64,000 bases of DNA from Malacoraja senta (lineage: Eukaryota), in contig CM075981.1 in the NCBI GenBank assembly GCA_038087875.1, positions 47,368,001-47,432,000 on the forward strand, written 5' to 3'. Numbering within the stretch: position 1 is the stretch's first letter; the number at the start of each line of letters is the position of its first letter. Both the position numbers and the translations under genes were made by a program. The notes under the pieces are model-generated. The model saw only the letters and a list, made by a program, of their open reading frames with translations. It made no database searches and was not told the DNA's origin. This document shows, piece by piece, positions 50,084 through 61,421 of the stretch.

Positions 50084-51718
50084 CAGTGCCCTCCATAATG
50101 TTTGGGACAAAGACCCATCATTTATTTATTTGCCTCCGTACTCCACAATTTGAGATTTGTAATAGAAAAAAATCACATGTGGTTAAAGTTTAATGTTTGG
50201 GACACAGCAATATCATGTAAAGGAAAGAAGTCATGTTTAGTATTTTTTTGCATGCCCTTTGCATGCAATGACTGCGATTCATGGACATCACCAGTTATTG
50301 GGTGTCTTTGTTGATAAAAGCCATTTAATACATTTTAATGTTTTGGACACATCAATATCATGTAAAGGGAAGAAGTCATGTTTAGGTTTTTTTTGCATGC
50401 CCTTTGCATGCAATGACTGCGATTCATGGACATCACCAGTTGTTGGGTGTCTTCTCTGTTGATGCTCTGCCAGGCCTGTATTGCAGCTATGCTTATGCTT
50501 GTTTTGGGGGGTAGTCCCCTTCAGTTTTCTCTTCAGCATATAAAACGCATGCTCAATTAGGTTCAGATCGGGTGATTGACTTGGCCACTCAAGAATTGAC
50601 AATTTTTTAGCTTTGAAAAACTCCTTTGTTGCTTTAGCAGTATGTTTTGGATCATTGTCTTGCTGTAGAATGAACCACTGGCCAATGAGTTTTGAGGCAT
50701 TTGTTTGAACTTGAGCAGATAGGATGTGTCTATACACTTCAGAATTCATTATGCTACTACCATCAGCAGTTGAAGATAAGTGAGCCAATACCTTCAGCAG
50801 CCATTCATGCCCAGGACATAACACCCCACTACCGTGTTTCATAGATGAGGTGGTATGCTTTGTATCTTGGACAGTTCCTTCTCTCCTCCATACTTTGCTC
50901 TTGCCTTCACTCTGATATAAGTTAATCTTCGTCTCATCTGTCCACAAGACCTTTTTCCAGAACTGTGGTTGCTCTTTTAAGTACTTCTTGGCAAACCGTA
51001 ACCTGGCCATCCTATTTTTGCGGCTAACCAGTTGTTTGCAGTGTAGCCTCTGTATTTCTGTTCATGAAGTCTTCTGCAGACAGTGGTCATTGCCACACCT
51101 GACTCCTGCAGTGTCGGACAGGTGTTTGGGGATTGTTCTTTATTATAGAGAGAATTATTCTGTCATCAGCTGTGGAGGTCTTCCTTGGCCTGCCAGTCCC
51201 GCTGCAATTAGTAAGCTCACCAGTGTTCTTTTTCTTCTTAATGATGTTCCAAACGGTTGATTTTGGTAAGCCTAAGGTTTGGCTGATATCTCTAACAGTT
51301 TTATTCTTGTTTCTTGGTCTCATAATGGCATCTTTGACTTTCATTGGCACAACTTTGGTCCTCATGTTGATAAACAGCAATAAAAGTTTCCAAAGGTGAT
51401 GGAAGGACTGGAGGAAAGACTAGGTGCTGAGAGCTCTCATACCAGCATTAAGGCAAATAAACACACCTGAGCAATTACAAACACCTGTGAAGCCATGTGT
51501 CCCAAACATGGTGCCCTGGAATGGGGGGACTATGTATAAACACAGCTGTAATTTCTACATGGTGAAACCAAAATGTATAAAAAATACCCTATAATAAAAT
51601 CTGACAATGTGCACTTTAACCACATGTGATTTTTGTCTTTTACAAATCTCAATTTGTGGAGTACAGAGGCAAATAAATAAATGGTGGGTCTTTGTCACAA
51701 ATATTATGGAGGGCACTG
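50084..51718 (-). mobile_element. Tc1 DD34E IR/DR transposon, second copy, defective
   Basis: Same family as 18200-19837, with TA at 50082-50083. Minus ORF has WTDETK and DNDPKH..SPDLNLIE (34 residues from D to E). Carries an internal ~120-bp duplication. Confidence 0.95.
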
Positions 51719-52792
51719 TGTACCTTATCCCTCAGAATACTCTCCAGTAAATTGCCTACCACAGATGTTGGGCACATTGATCTATAGTTCCCAGGCTTTT
51801 GCAACCTTTCTTAAATAGAACACAACATTAGCCACCCTCCAGTCATTCAGCACTTCACCCATATTTAAAGGATTCATATATTTCAGCCAGGCCAACTGCA
51901 ATTCCTTCTTTAGCTTCCTCGCTAAGTGGATGAAGCTTTGCCTTCTCCCTTGTGGGGCTGTCTACAAATTGCCTGAAGAAACTTTCCTGAACACATTTGG
52001 CAAATTGTACCCCATCTAAACCTCTTTGCACTATTGACAGTCCCCGTCTATATTGGAGAAGTTCAAAATTTCCTACTCTGACAATCTTATTAGTTCTGTA
52101 GCTGCCTGCAATCTCCTGGCATATTTGCCCTTCTAATTCCCATTCACTATTTGAGGGCCTATAGTACACACCCAACAAGGTGAACATCCCCTTTATATTT
52201 CTCAGCTCCACCCATATAGCCTCACTGGACGAACCATCAGTAATGTCATCTCGGACTACTCGTGACATTCTCCTTGATCAATAAACCAACCACCCCTCCT
52301 CTTCTAACCCCACCTTTATCTCTCCTGTAGCACCTGGACACTGGAGCATTATGCTGCCAGTTTTGTTCTTCTCTTCGTCAGGTTTTCATAACGGCTATTA
52401 CATCTCAGATGCACGTATCTATCAGTGCCCTATCAGTTTATCTGCCTTACCATCAGGCCTCTTGCATTAAAATAGGTGCAATTCAATCCAACAATCCTTC
52501 TGAGCTCCTGCCTATTTCTGTCCACTGAACTTTATTTCATTTTGTGTGTTTTATTCAGTTTGTTTCAGTTTTGCTGGTAATGCATTGTGTAATGTTTTAT
52601 AAAACTCCTTTCAGAAGTCCACAAACACCAATCAGATTGCCTTCATCGCCCTTTTGTTATCTGATCAAGAAAATCAAATTGGGCTGGTTCTGTAACTTTT
52701 ACCTTTTTACAAGCTTGTATAGTAATCTTTTTTCCAAAAATGTTCACTAGTCTCTGGTTCGTAGCTAAAATCACTTTTTTTTTGTATTGCAG

Positions 52793-52841
52793 TGTTAATT
52801 TGGCCACATTGACACTTGGTTATGTTTCATCATCTATACTG
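52793..52841 (+). CDS. PDXDC1: PDXDC1 exon 10 (VNLATLTLGYVSSSIL)
   Basis: Polypyrimidine tract plus gcAG acceptor, GTTAGT donor, 49 nt. Confidence 0.95.
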
Positions 52842-53051
52842 GTTAGTATCACTTTCAGTTTGTGATCTACATCTAGGTTAATGCATTTTTAAAGAGCACA
52901 TGATCTCCGAAGGCATTTAGAATTTCAATTAGTTCTGATATATGTAAAAGTACTGGTTCCAAAACAATGCACTAAGGGACCAAGTATTGTGTTGCTTTCA
53001 GAAAACTTTGAGAACAAACCTTGTTTTCAATATAGTAATTAATCCTCAGAA

Positions 53052-53648
53052 AATAGACAATTGGTGCAGGAGTAGGCCATTTGGCCCTTCGAGCCAGCAC
53101 CGACATTCAATGTGATCATGGCTGATCATCCCCAATCAGTAGCCCGTTCCTGCCTTCTCCCCATATCCCCTGACTCCACTATTTGTAAGAGCCCTATATA
53201 GCTCTCTCTTGAAAGCATCCAGAGAACCTGCCTCCACTGCCCTCTGAGGCAGAGAATTCCACAGACTCACCACTCTCTGAGAAAAAGTGTTTCCTCGTCT
53301 TCGTTCTAAATGGCTTATTCCTTATTCTTAAACTGTGGCCCCTGGTTCTGGACTCCCCCAACATCGGGAACATGTTTCCTGCCTCTAGTGTGTCCAAGCC
53401 CTTAACAATCTTATATGTTTCAATGAGATGCCCTCTCATCCTTCTAAACTCCAGAGTGCACAAGCCCAGCTGCTCCATTCTCTCAGCATATGACAGTCCC
53501 GCCATCCCGGGAATTAACCTTGTAAACCTACTCTGCACTCCTTCAATAGCAAGAATGTCCTTCCTCAAATTAGGGCACCAAAACTGCACACAATACTCCA
53601 GGTGTGGTCTCACTAAGGCTCTGTACAAATGCAGAAGGACCTCTTTGC
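53052..53648 (-). mobile_element. CR1 3' portion
   Basis: Minus ORF 53194-53628 plus the 3' tail. Confidence 0.95.
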
Positions 53649-53730
53649 ATGGGTTTCATTAGGATTTATTATTTAAATTCATTGAGCATTGTATAAGAAT
53701 GTGTTCAGTGCGGTTTTCAACTCTTTCTAG

Positions 53731-53832
53731 GCTGCAACTAAATGTGACAGCATGACCTTGACTTTAGGACCTTGGTTGGGTCTCGCAGCTGTGCCTGCTG
53801 TGACACTATATAGACAAGAGGATCCTTCACTG
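53731..53832 (+). CDS. PDXDC1: PDXDC1 exon 11 (AATKCDSMTLTLGPWLGLAAVPAVTLYRQEDPSL)
   Basis: ctAG acceptor, GTGAGT donor, 102 nt. Confidence 0.96.
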
Positions 53833-54099
53833 GTGAGTGATTATTTCAAGAAGCATGTATAAAGAAGTTAAGAATTTACGAATGCAAATAGGTTCCCATT
53901 CTATAATAATGAGCAACTTTGAATTTATTGACCTAAATAATTATTTGTGTCAAATTTTTGACTTAAAAACCCAGAAAAAAATATCCATAATGCTATAGCA
54001 AAAAATATATTTCAAAAATAAACTATTAGCCTCCCAATTTAGAAGATTGTTCAAAAGCTTTTGAAATCATAAATATGTCCTGTGCTTTGATTATTTTAG

Positions 54100-54225
54100 T
54101 CTCTAGCTGCGGGCCTCACCACAAGTCAGCCAGTTGAGAAACTTCGAGCTTTGCCTCTCTGGCTCTCTCTGCAATACCTGGGACATGATGGGATAGTTGA
54201 CAGAATCAAGTATGCTTCACAGCTG
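54100..54225 (+). CDS. PDXDC1: PDXDC1 exon 12 (SLAAGLTTSQPVEKLRALPLWLSLQYLGHDGIVDRIKYASQL)
   Basis: tttAG acceptor, GTAAGT donor, 126 nt. KLRALPLWLSLQYLG is identical to human. Confidence 0.97.
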
Positions 54226-55254
54226 GTAAGTATTAACATCTTTCAGCCTGATTCCTACTCATATTGGCAATGATAGAAACATCGATAAGTGGTGCTCCAA
54301 ATCTGATTTAAGTGAGCGCTAATAATTCTCATTGAGCGCTTCATTCTGTGCATTATCTTTTGGATGACAACGATTTAAGCTTCAAATTAATAGGTCAGGC
54401 AGACTTTGATAGTATTTGTGAGAGGAATCATTGAGAAGGTCAAAATGGTACTTTGATCAGATATTCTGTGCAATCATATTTGATGTGCTATTTCAACTAC
54501 AGGTATCAGTGGCTTTCCCATTTCCCTTAAATCCGCCAATATTCAAAAATCTATTGATCTCATTTTGGCCTGGAAAATTGCAAAGATTCAATCTTTTAAA
54601 TTAAGAAGTTTCTCCTTAACGTAGTAGACAATGGCAGATCTCGTAATCTGATACTGCTTGGTTCTAAACTCTCCCAGCATCCCTGTTGGGCAGCCTAGGA
54701 ATTTAATATTTTGATTAATTCTCCCTTCATACTTTTAATCTCGAGGGAATACTGCCCAAGTCTATTTAATATATTTTCTTAGGGAAATCCCTTGCTCCCA
54801 AAACTAAGTCTTGCCTTAATAGGAAATGCAATGAAGACAAGAAAATGTTTCCTTGAAGGGACTAAAACAATATTGTAGTCCCCCACTAGTTATTGTAGTC
54901 CCCCACTAGTTTCAGCGTGCTGTGCAGAAAGTAATGAGTATATTCCTTCTAATTTCTGGCATTACTCTCTGTTCATGGTAATAGATTATCTCCACCCCTC
55001 CCTACAATCCCAAGAACCATTTTCTTGGTTTAATAATCTTTTGGCACTCTGAAAACTTACTGAAAATCTAAATGCATCAAAATTCCCTTTTTGTGGGTGG
55101 GTGAAGGTTACAATGACAGGGATCTGTGTCCTCAAATAGGCTTCACCTAGCTAGTAAATGATTGGACTATTTCATGTTTATGTTCTGCCTATCATCTGTA
55201 TGACCATCGAAGAATTTAAGCACAAATGAGAATATTAAAAGAGAATATTAAAAT

Positions 55255-55612
55255 ATTAGGCCTATATAGAGTGGATGTGGAGAGGATGTTTTTTCACTAG
55301 TGAGCGAGTCTAGGACCAGAAGTCATAGCCTCGGAATTAAAGGATGTTCCTTTAGCAAGGAGATGAGGAGGAATTTCTTTAGTCAGAGGGTGGTGAATCT
55401 GTGGAATTCATTGCCAAAGAAGGCTGTGGAGGTCAATGGATATTTTAGACAGAAATAGATAGATTCTTGATTGTTACAGTTGTCAGGGGTTATGGGGAAG
55501 AAGGCAGGAGTTTGGCGTTAGGAGGGTGAGATAGATCAGCCATTTTTGAATGACGGAGAAGACTTGATGGACCGAATGGCCTAATTCTGCTCCTATCACT
55601 TTTGAACTTATG
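55255..55612 (+). mobile_element. CR1 3' end
   Basis: VDVERMF, FFSQRVVNLWNSLP and the tail. Confidence 0.85.
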
Positions 55613-55899
55613 TGCATTAAATGCACATGTAAATGGATAGAGTCTGGATTATGTCAGACAGCCGATGTATGACCATCATAAACATAGGCCAGAAGGAGAT
55701 GATGGCGAAACAATCAAATGATTAGTGAGGTTCACTTGTCAATACAGTAAGAATTAAATGAATACCTACGATCCTGAATTATGAAGAGAGAATGATCCTA
55801 GATATTGTGATACTTAATATTATATATTGTATGTCTTTTTTTATATTTTAGGGCCAGATAACAAAAACTAGAGGAGGAATAATGGTCACTTGCAATTCC

Positions 55900-56640
55900 T
55901 GAAGGAAATGTGAAATCAAGAATAAAAATGCTGTAAATGCATGCTAAATTTGTGAGGTCATTGCTGCCTCTGTGAAACTCTAATTGGACTTGTTGGAAGA
56001 TGAGATGCTCCCCTTGAGCTTTACTGGAAGAACATAGCTGGAGAATGATTCGTGGTGCAGTCAGTCAGGGTTAAAATGAGAGGCAAGTGGAAGTTTGGAG
56101 TGTTTGCTTGGGGATTGAATGAAGGTGTTCTACAAAGGAGTTGTGTGATCTGCTTTAGTTCTGCAGAGTAGAAGAAACCACGTAGTGAGAAGTGAGTGTG
56201 AGACATTGGATCGAAAGCAGCAATACTAGTAAACTGCTGTGTCACATGAACAAAATGTTTAGTTCCCTGTACAGTGGGGTTGGAGGAGCTAAGAGGGCAG
56301 GTAGGAAAATGGAAAAGTGGAGCAGATGCCTTGAGACCATTCCGTTTGAAATGTTGTAAGGAGAAAAGGGATGATGTGTCCATTGGTGACATCCAGTCAC
56401 GAGTGTTGGGAATTGCAGATGACAAAGGTAATCCTATTGGTGAAGGGGGGGGGGGGGGGGAAGAGAGAGATGAGGGATAAAGTATAGGAAAATAAACAGA
56501 TGCAATTGCACACCCCATCAATTGTAATTTGAGAAAGAAATGTCCCAATTTGACATCTCTTATCCTGAGAATCCTCAACATAAGCTGGAAGAACAGTAAC
56601 TCATTGTCTAACTCATAGTAACAGGAACCCATAGTCATTT
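55900..56640 (-). mobile_element. Very old Penelope-like GIY-YIG remnant
   Basis: Minus-strand remnants GFFYSAELK..FVEHLHSI..LASHFN across frames. Confidence 0.45.
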
Positions 56641-57317
56641 TTAATTCCATATTAACTGCATTCCTAAGTAATTTAGTGATTAAGTCTCCATTCAGAAATT
56701 GTCACCTTGCATGTCACTGCTTTAGTCATTTTGTATCGCCTATATTCCACACTTTCCCCATCCTGGTCTTATTTTTCCCAGCCTTCCTATCCCCCTTTTC
56801 TACATTTTAAATCATGTTTTTCTTTAAGAAGAAATCTTAACGTATAACAATAACTCAAATGCATCTTGACCTGTTAAGTATTCCTAGCATGTTGTATGCC
56901 TTCCTACTAGCCTTTTTCAGTCCACGTATAAGGGAATCCAGATCCCTCTGCACAGAGCTTCCTCATCTTTCACTATTTAGCTAGCATACTTTTTTTCCTG
57001 ACAATAGTAAATAGTTTTACATTTGCCTCAATTGTGTTCTGTCTGCCAGATATTTGCCCATCAATTAAACCTGCCTTACTCGCTGTGTAGCCCCCTGTGT
57101 GATCTTCACATATTTCTTACCTTTGTGTGTCATCAGCAAATGTAATGATCATGCCTACAGTATTTTCATTCCAAGTTGTGCAAAGTTGAGTTCCAGCACA
57201 GTACTCATTACACCTTGTCAGACAAAAAAAGATTAATTTATGCCTACCTTTCTTTCCCATTAGTGAGCTGATCTTCCATCTCTAAATCTTTTTGAAAAAC
57301 GTGGGTTTCATTTCATA

Positions 57318-57612
57318 TAGAAACATAGAAACATAGAAAATAGGTGCAGGAGTAGGCCATTCGGCCCTTCGAGCCTGCACCGCCATTCAATATGATCATG
57401 GCTGATCATCCAACTCAGTATCCTGCACCTGCTTTCTCTCCATACCCCCTGATCCCTTTAGCCACAAGGGCCACATCTAACTCCCTCTTAAATATAGCCA
57501 ATGAACTGGCCTCAACTACATTCTGTGCAGAGAATTCCAGAGATTCACCACTCTTTGTGTAAAAAATGTTTTTCTCATCTCAGTCCGAAAAGATTTCCCC
57601 TTTATCCTTAAT
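57318..57612 (-). mobile_element. Young CR1 3' end
   Basis: Reverse complement is nearly identical to 49520-49817 and 63670-63958, with an (ATAGAAAC)n tail. Confidence 0.95.
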
Positions 57613-58284
57613 ATTGTTGATATCAGTAGGTAACTTCCTTTAAATGCTGGATAACAAATTCTGGAAATGTATTTTTTAAACCATTCTTCAAAAAGCAGCT
57701 TGAAGTGCAGAGTCAATTTTAGGCATCCTTTCAAAGTCCTTTTTTAGTAAATAAGGATGCAGCAACATGGTATGGGTTACGCAGTTGGGTGTTGATTGGG
57801 ACGAAAGTGAGAATCACATTCCATTTTACAGCAACCTGATTCCTTTAACACCACATCTTATCTGACAGTAATTTTGGCTCCTTTCTATTTTTGGACGAGT
57901 GAGGAATATCTCGCCATTTTTATTGTAACTCACTCTTGATTACAAACCAGAATTATAAAAAGCATTGCACTGACATTTTTCAAATACACCTACTCATTAA
58001 AAGTAATTGTATGTGTATGATTGTTTTTGAAATTCTATTCACCTTCTGGGTGTAACCATTGTGGATGAGGGTGTGGAGTGATAATTGGAATTTCAAAGGT
58101 CAGTTTTGGGAACTGTACTCCATGTCTACAAATCAGAAGCTCAAAGCAAAGCTTACAAACATCATCAATTTTGGGAAGGGAAGAATTAAACCTGTAGAGA
58201 ATACCAAAGAAGAACATTTTATTTTCAGAAAAAAAGATATAATTGACAGATAAAATGTGGTAGGCCTTTTATCATCATTACTCA

Positions 58285-58683
58285 TCAGGAAGACTGGCTC
58301 CGTCCTGGGGGCGTGGTTGGACTCATGGGAGGTGGTTTTGGAGGGGATGCTCTTCAATCTGCGGAGCATCTTGTGGACAATACAGTTCACCCCCTCTATG
58401 ACACACTGGTCAACCTGTGGAGTACCATCAGTAACAGACTGGTTCCACCAAGATGCAATACAGAACGCCACAGGAGATCATCCTTCCCTGTGGCTATCAA
58501 ACTGTTACAACTCCTCCCCCTTCTGTCATGGGGGTAGACTGACTCCCCTTCCCCACCCAATCTTTGCACATCCCCAATCCTTTCCACTCGTCACTTTAAT
58601 TTCATGTTTCATGTACCTTGTGTTTTTTGACTGTTGGCAAATCAATTTCCCTCCTGGGATAAATAAAGTTCTATCGTATCGTA
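58285..58683 (+). mobile_element. Rex1/Babar-like LINE 3' end
   Basis: VDNTVHPLYDTL..FSNRL-like, TERHRRSSFPVAIKL, and AATAAAGTTCTATCGTATCGTA. Confidence 0.75.
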
Positions 58684-58816
58684 GTATTGCAGATAAGAGA
58701 AAAATGTTGAAGCAGTGAATAGTGAAATAAGGAGGTGTCTAGGAATAATGAATATCAGGTTTAATGAGTACTGCTGCTATGGAATACTAATCAAAGCAAA
58801 TTGTAATTAGCCAAAA

Positions 58817-60153
58817 CTAGACTAAGTGTGACCCGTTGGGTCCCTGTCACACAGGGGGCTTGGTCCCCCAATGCAATATTCCACCACTCACCCATAGCCC
58901 CCAGCTGCACAGGCGCAGCTCATTTCCCCTCATCCCTAGCACTCTCCCCTCCCTCTCCACCATCCCTCTTTTTTACCCTCTCCTCCTCCCCTCCCCAATC
59001 CCTCCCTCACCTCTTTCTTCCTCTCCTTCCCCTACCCTCAGTCACTCCCTCTCTCCCTCCATAACTCTCCCCTCCCTATCCCCCTGCTATCACTCTATCC
59101 CCCATCTCCCCCACTCACGTCCTATTCCCCCCACTATCCCTCCTCACCACTTCCACTGCCCTCCTCTCCCTTTATACCCCACTCCCTACCTCCCCCACTT
59201 CCCACTCCCCCCTCCTCTCCCTCTATTCCCCTCCTACCCCATTCTCCCTCCTCACCTCTGCCTTCTTTTATCCCTCTCCTCCCCAAATCCATCCCTCACC
59301 TCTCCCTCCCTCTCCTTTCCCCTACCCTCAGTCACTCCCTCCATAACTCCTCTCCCCTCCCTACTCCCCTCCTCTCCCTCTAACCTCTCTCCTCCCCCAC
59401 TCTCACTCCCCAGAATCTCTAGGTTGCCGCTCCTCTCCCTTCTTGCGTGCCCCGGAGGAGCATCAGCCGTCGGCACCCTTCGAACTAGGCCTCGGTTCAG
59501 CCCGGAAACACCAGCAGCTACGGCTGTGCCGGCGTGTGGGCGGGAGGGGGGGTAGGGGGGGGAGAGCTCAGAGAATAGATGGGGGAAGAGCCATGGGGGA
59601 GAGGGGAGTATCACGGGGGAGGGGCAGGAGCCAGCGAGGGGAAGGGTGGAGCTGCGTGGAATTGCGATGGCAGTGCGTTTGGGACTCACAGTGGGCGCTG
59701 GATGCTCTCCTCCGCTGGGATCAGACTCTCCGCTTTCCGTTTAGTGACTTTGCTGCGCTGCTGCTGGGCTGCTGCTTGGGGCGGGGCTGCTGCTTGGGGC
59801 GGGGCTGCTTTGGGTCCCTCCGAAAGTCCGGTTCATCCTCGGCTCGAGAAAAGACGCGATGGCGCAGGAAGGGGTGGACCGTCCCAGGGAGTGACAGGGG
59901 AAGAGACTAATCTGCGCGGCGCTGGAAGGCAGGAACAGAGATCGATCTGCGCACGCGCGGTTTTTAAGATTTTTAAACCTCGCTAACTTTGATGACACTC
60001 AACCGATCGGAACGAAACATGGTGGACTCGCAGCATAGGAGAACGATGAGTGAACTGGTGAAAAATCGTAGCGCTATCGTGAACCGATTTTGCACAAATA
60101 GAAGGACCGCCAAACCGGAAGATAACAAGATCAGAGTTTTAGTTATTTATAGA
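58817..60153 (-). mobile_element. Solitary non-autonomous Helitron (1337 bp)
   Basis: Minus strand begins TCTATAAATAACTAAAACTC and ends GACCCAACGGGTC hairpin + ACACTTAGT + CTAG. It is inserted between A and T with no TSD. Confidence 0.88.
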
Positions 60154-60524
60154 TAATGCCATAAATTGAACCAAATTGCACAGTGATCAGGTAAATCCTT
60201 GAATATCATGTTCAGTTTTTTGTCTTTGAAGCACAAGCCTTAAAGCCCTTGGAGGCCAGGCAGAGGGATCACTTAGCTAATCCATACTACTAGAGAGGCT
60301 TGAAAGGAAAAAGTACAAATCTGGCCCTTGCAGCATCAAGAAAATGAAGCAATGTGTAAGTTGGCAGGCAAGTGGGAATTAGAGGGATATGGATCGCGTG
60401 CAGGCAGATGGGGTCAGTTTAACTACACATCATGTTCAGTATAAACATTGTGGGTAAAGATTCCATTCCTGGGCTGTTCTGTTCTATGTCGCACTCTCGT
60501 CCCTTCCCCCATATCCCCCTACAA

Positions 60525-60655
60525 TCAGACTGACAAAGGGCCCTGATGCAAAATGTCACTTATCCATGTTCCAGAGATGCTGCCTGACCCGCTAAGTTAC
60601 TCCAGCACTTTTTGTCTATATTTTGTAAACCATCATCTGCAACTCCTTGTTTCTA
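60525..60655 (+). mobile_element. Penelope-derived short element, degenerate hammerhead region
   Basis: AGACTGACAAAGGGCCCTGATGCAAAATGTCAC followed by the family body. Confidence 0.65.
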
Positions 60656-61370
60656 ATTGTGGAACACCAAGTTAGTTGAAGTTAGGCAAATGAACAGACA
60701 TAAAAAGCAACGGGCAAACTTTAGTGGTTGAATGGTATTTTACTGTCACAAGTATTGAAGTACAGTGAAATTATTTTTTGCGCACAGTTCAGTACAAGCA
60801 TTACTATACATAAGCACATCTTGGGTATTGTACAAGTGTATAGAAATAGTACATTGAGAAAGTATATAAGAGTTGCCAGGTTTGGCGCCATTTTCAAGTC
60901 CCAGTAGTTGTGGGTGTCAAGTTCTTAACCTCCCATCAAGGCCCGAGGTCCTGGTGGCCTTGTACGGTCGACCAGGTCAAGCATAGTCATCGTTGTCCTC
61001 CACTGCTCCGTGCAGCTGTAGGTCACGTCTGGCCCACCCACTCGGCCTCTTGGAGCGACGCCGATCCTGCCGATGTAGGAGTTGTATCCAGATTTTCCTC
61101 TTGCTCAGAACGGCACATTCCTCGGGGCCACATTCTTAACAGCGAGTAGAGAATTTATGATTTTGTTTTTTGCTCCATTGTCTTGAAGATGTGTTTTTAT
61201 TTAATACTGTTAGTTTGGATTCTGCCTAGTTCACACATTTAAATAGTTTGTCAACATCCAAGATAAAGACGAACGAGGCATTGAACAATGTTCCCTGTTA
61301 TATAAAGTTATAAACTTGTTGGTAAAATCGGACAGAAATAAAACCGGTAACAATTGTTTTTATTTTTCAG

Positions 61371-61421
61371 AGCCAAAGGCTGCTGGAAAACTTAAAACAA
61401 ATAGGTTTCATCAGAACCTCG
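61371..61421 (+). CDS. PDXDC1: PDXDC1 exon 13 (SQRLLENLKQIGFIRTS); gene continues beyond the window
   Basis: tttttcAG acceptor, GTATGT donor, 51 nt. Matches human SQRLQESLKKVNYIKIL. Confidence 0.9.

Larger units (their letters stand above)
48830..52500 (-). mobile_element. Old CR1 LINE (EN to 3' end) interrupted by a young CR1 and a Tc1
   Basis: Minus ORF 51855-52268 (EAIWVELRN..YYRP). RT remnants flank the inserts and the 3' tail is near 48830. Confidence 0.8.

Noticed and set aside
54871-54911. 21-bp tandem duplication (similar short ones near 23625 and 37950)
   Set aside because: Ordinary slippage duplications with no further structure.
55991-56015. GTTGGAAGATGAG as PDXDC1 exon 14 (VEDE..)
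   Set aside because: It lies before exon 13, has no acceptor and homology does not continue. Exon 14 was not found in the window.
58836-59998. Pro-rich and Gly/Arg-rich ORFs
   Set aside because: Low-complexity Helitron interior with no Rep or helicase motifs.
9461-61421. Calling PDXDC1 a pseudogene
   Set aside because: There is only one lesion, in a G run; all other exons, phases and splice sites are intact.
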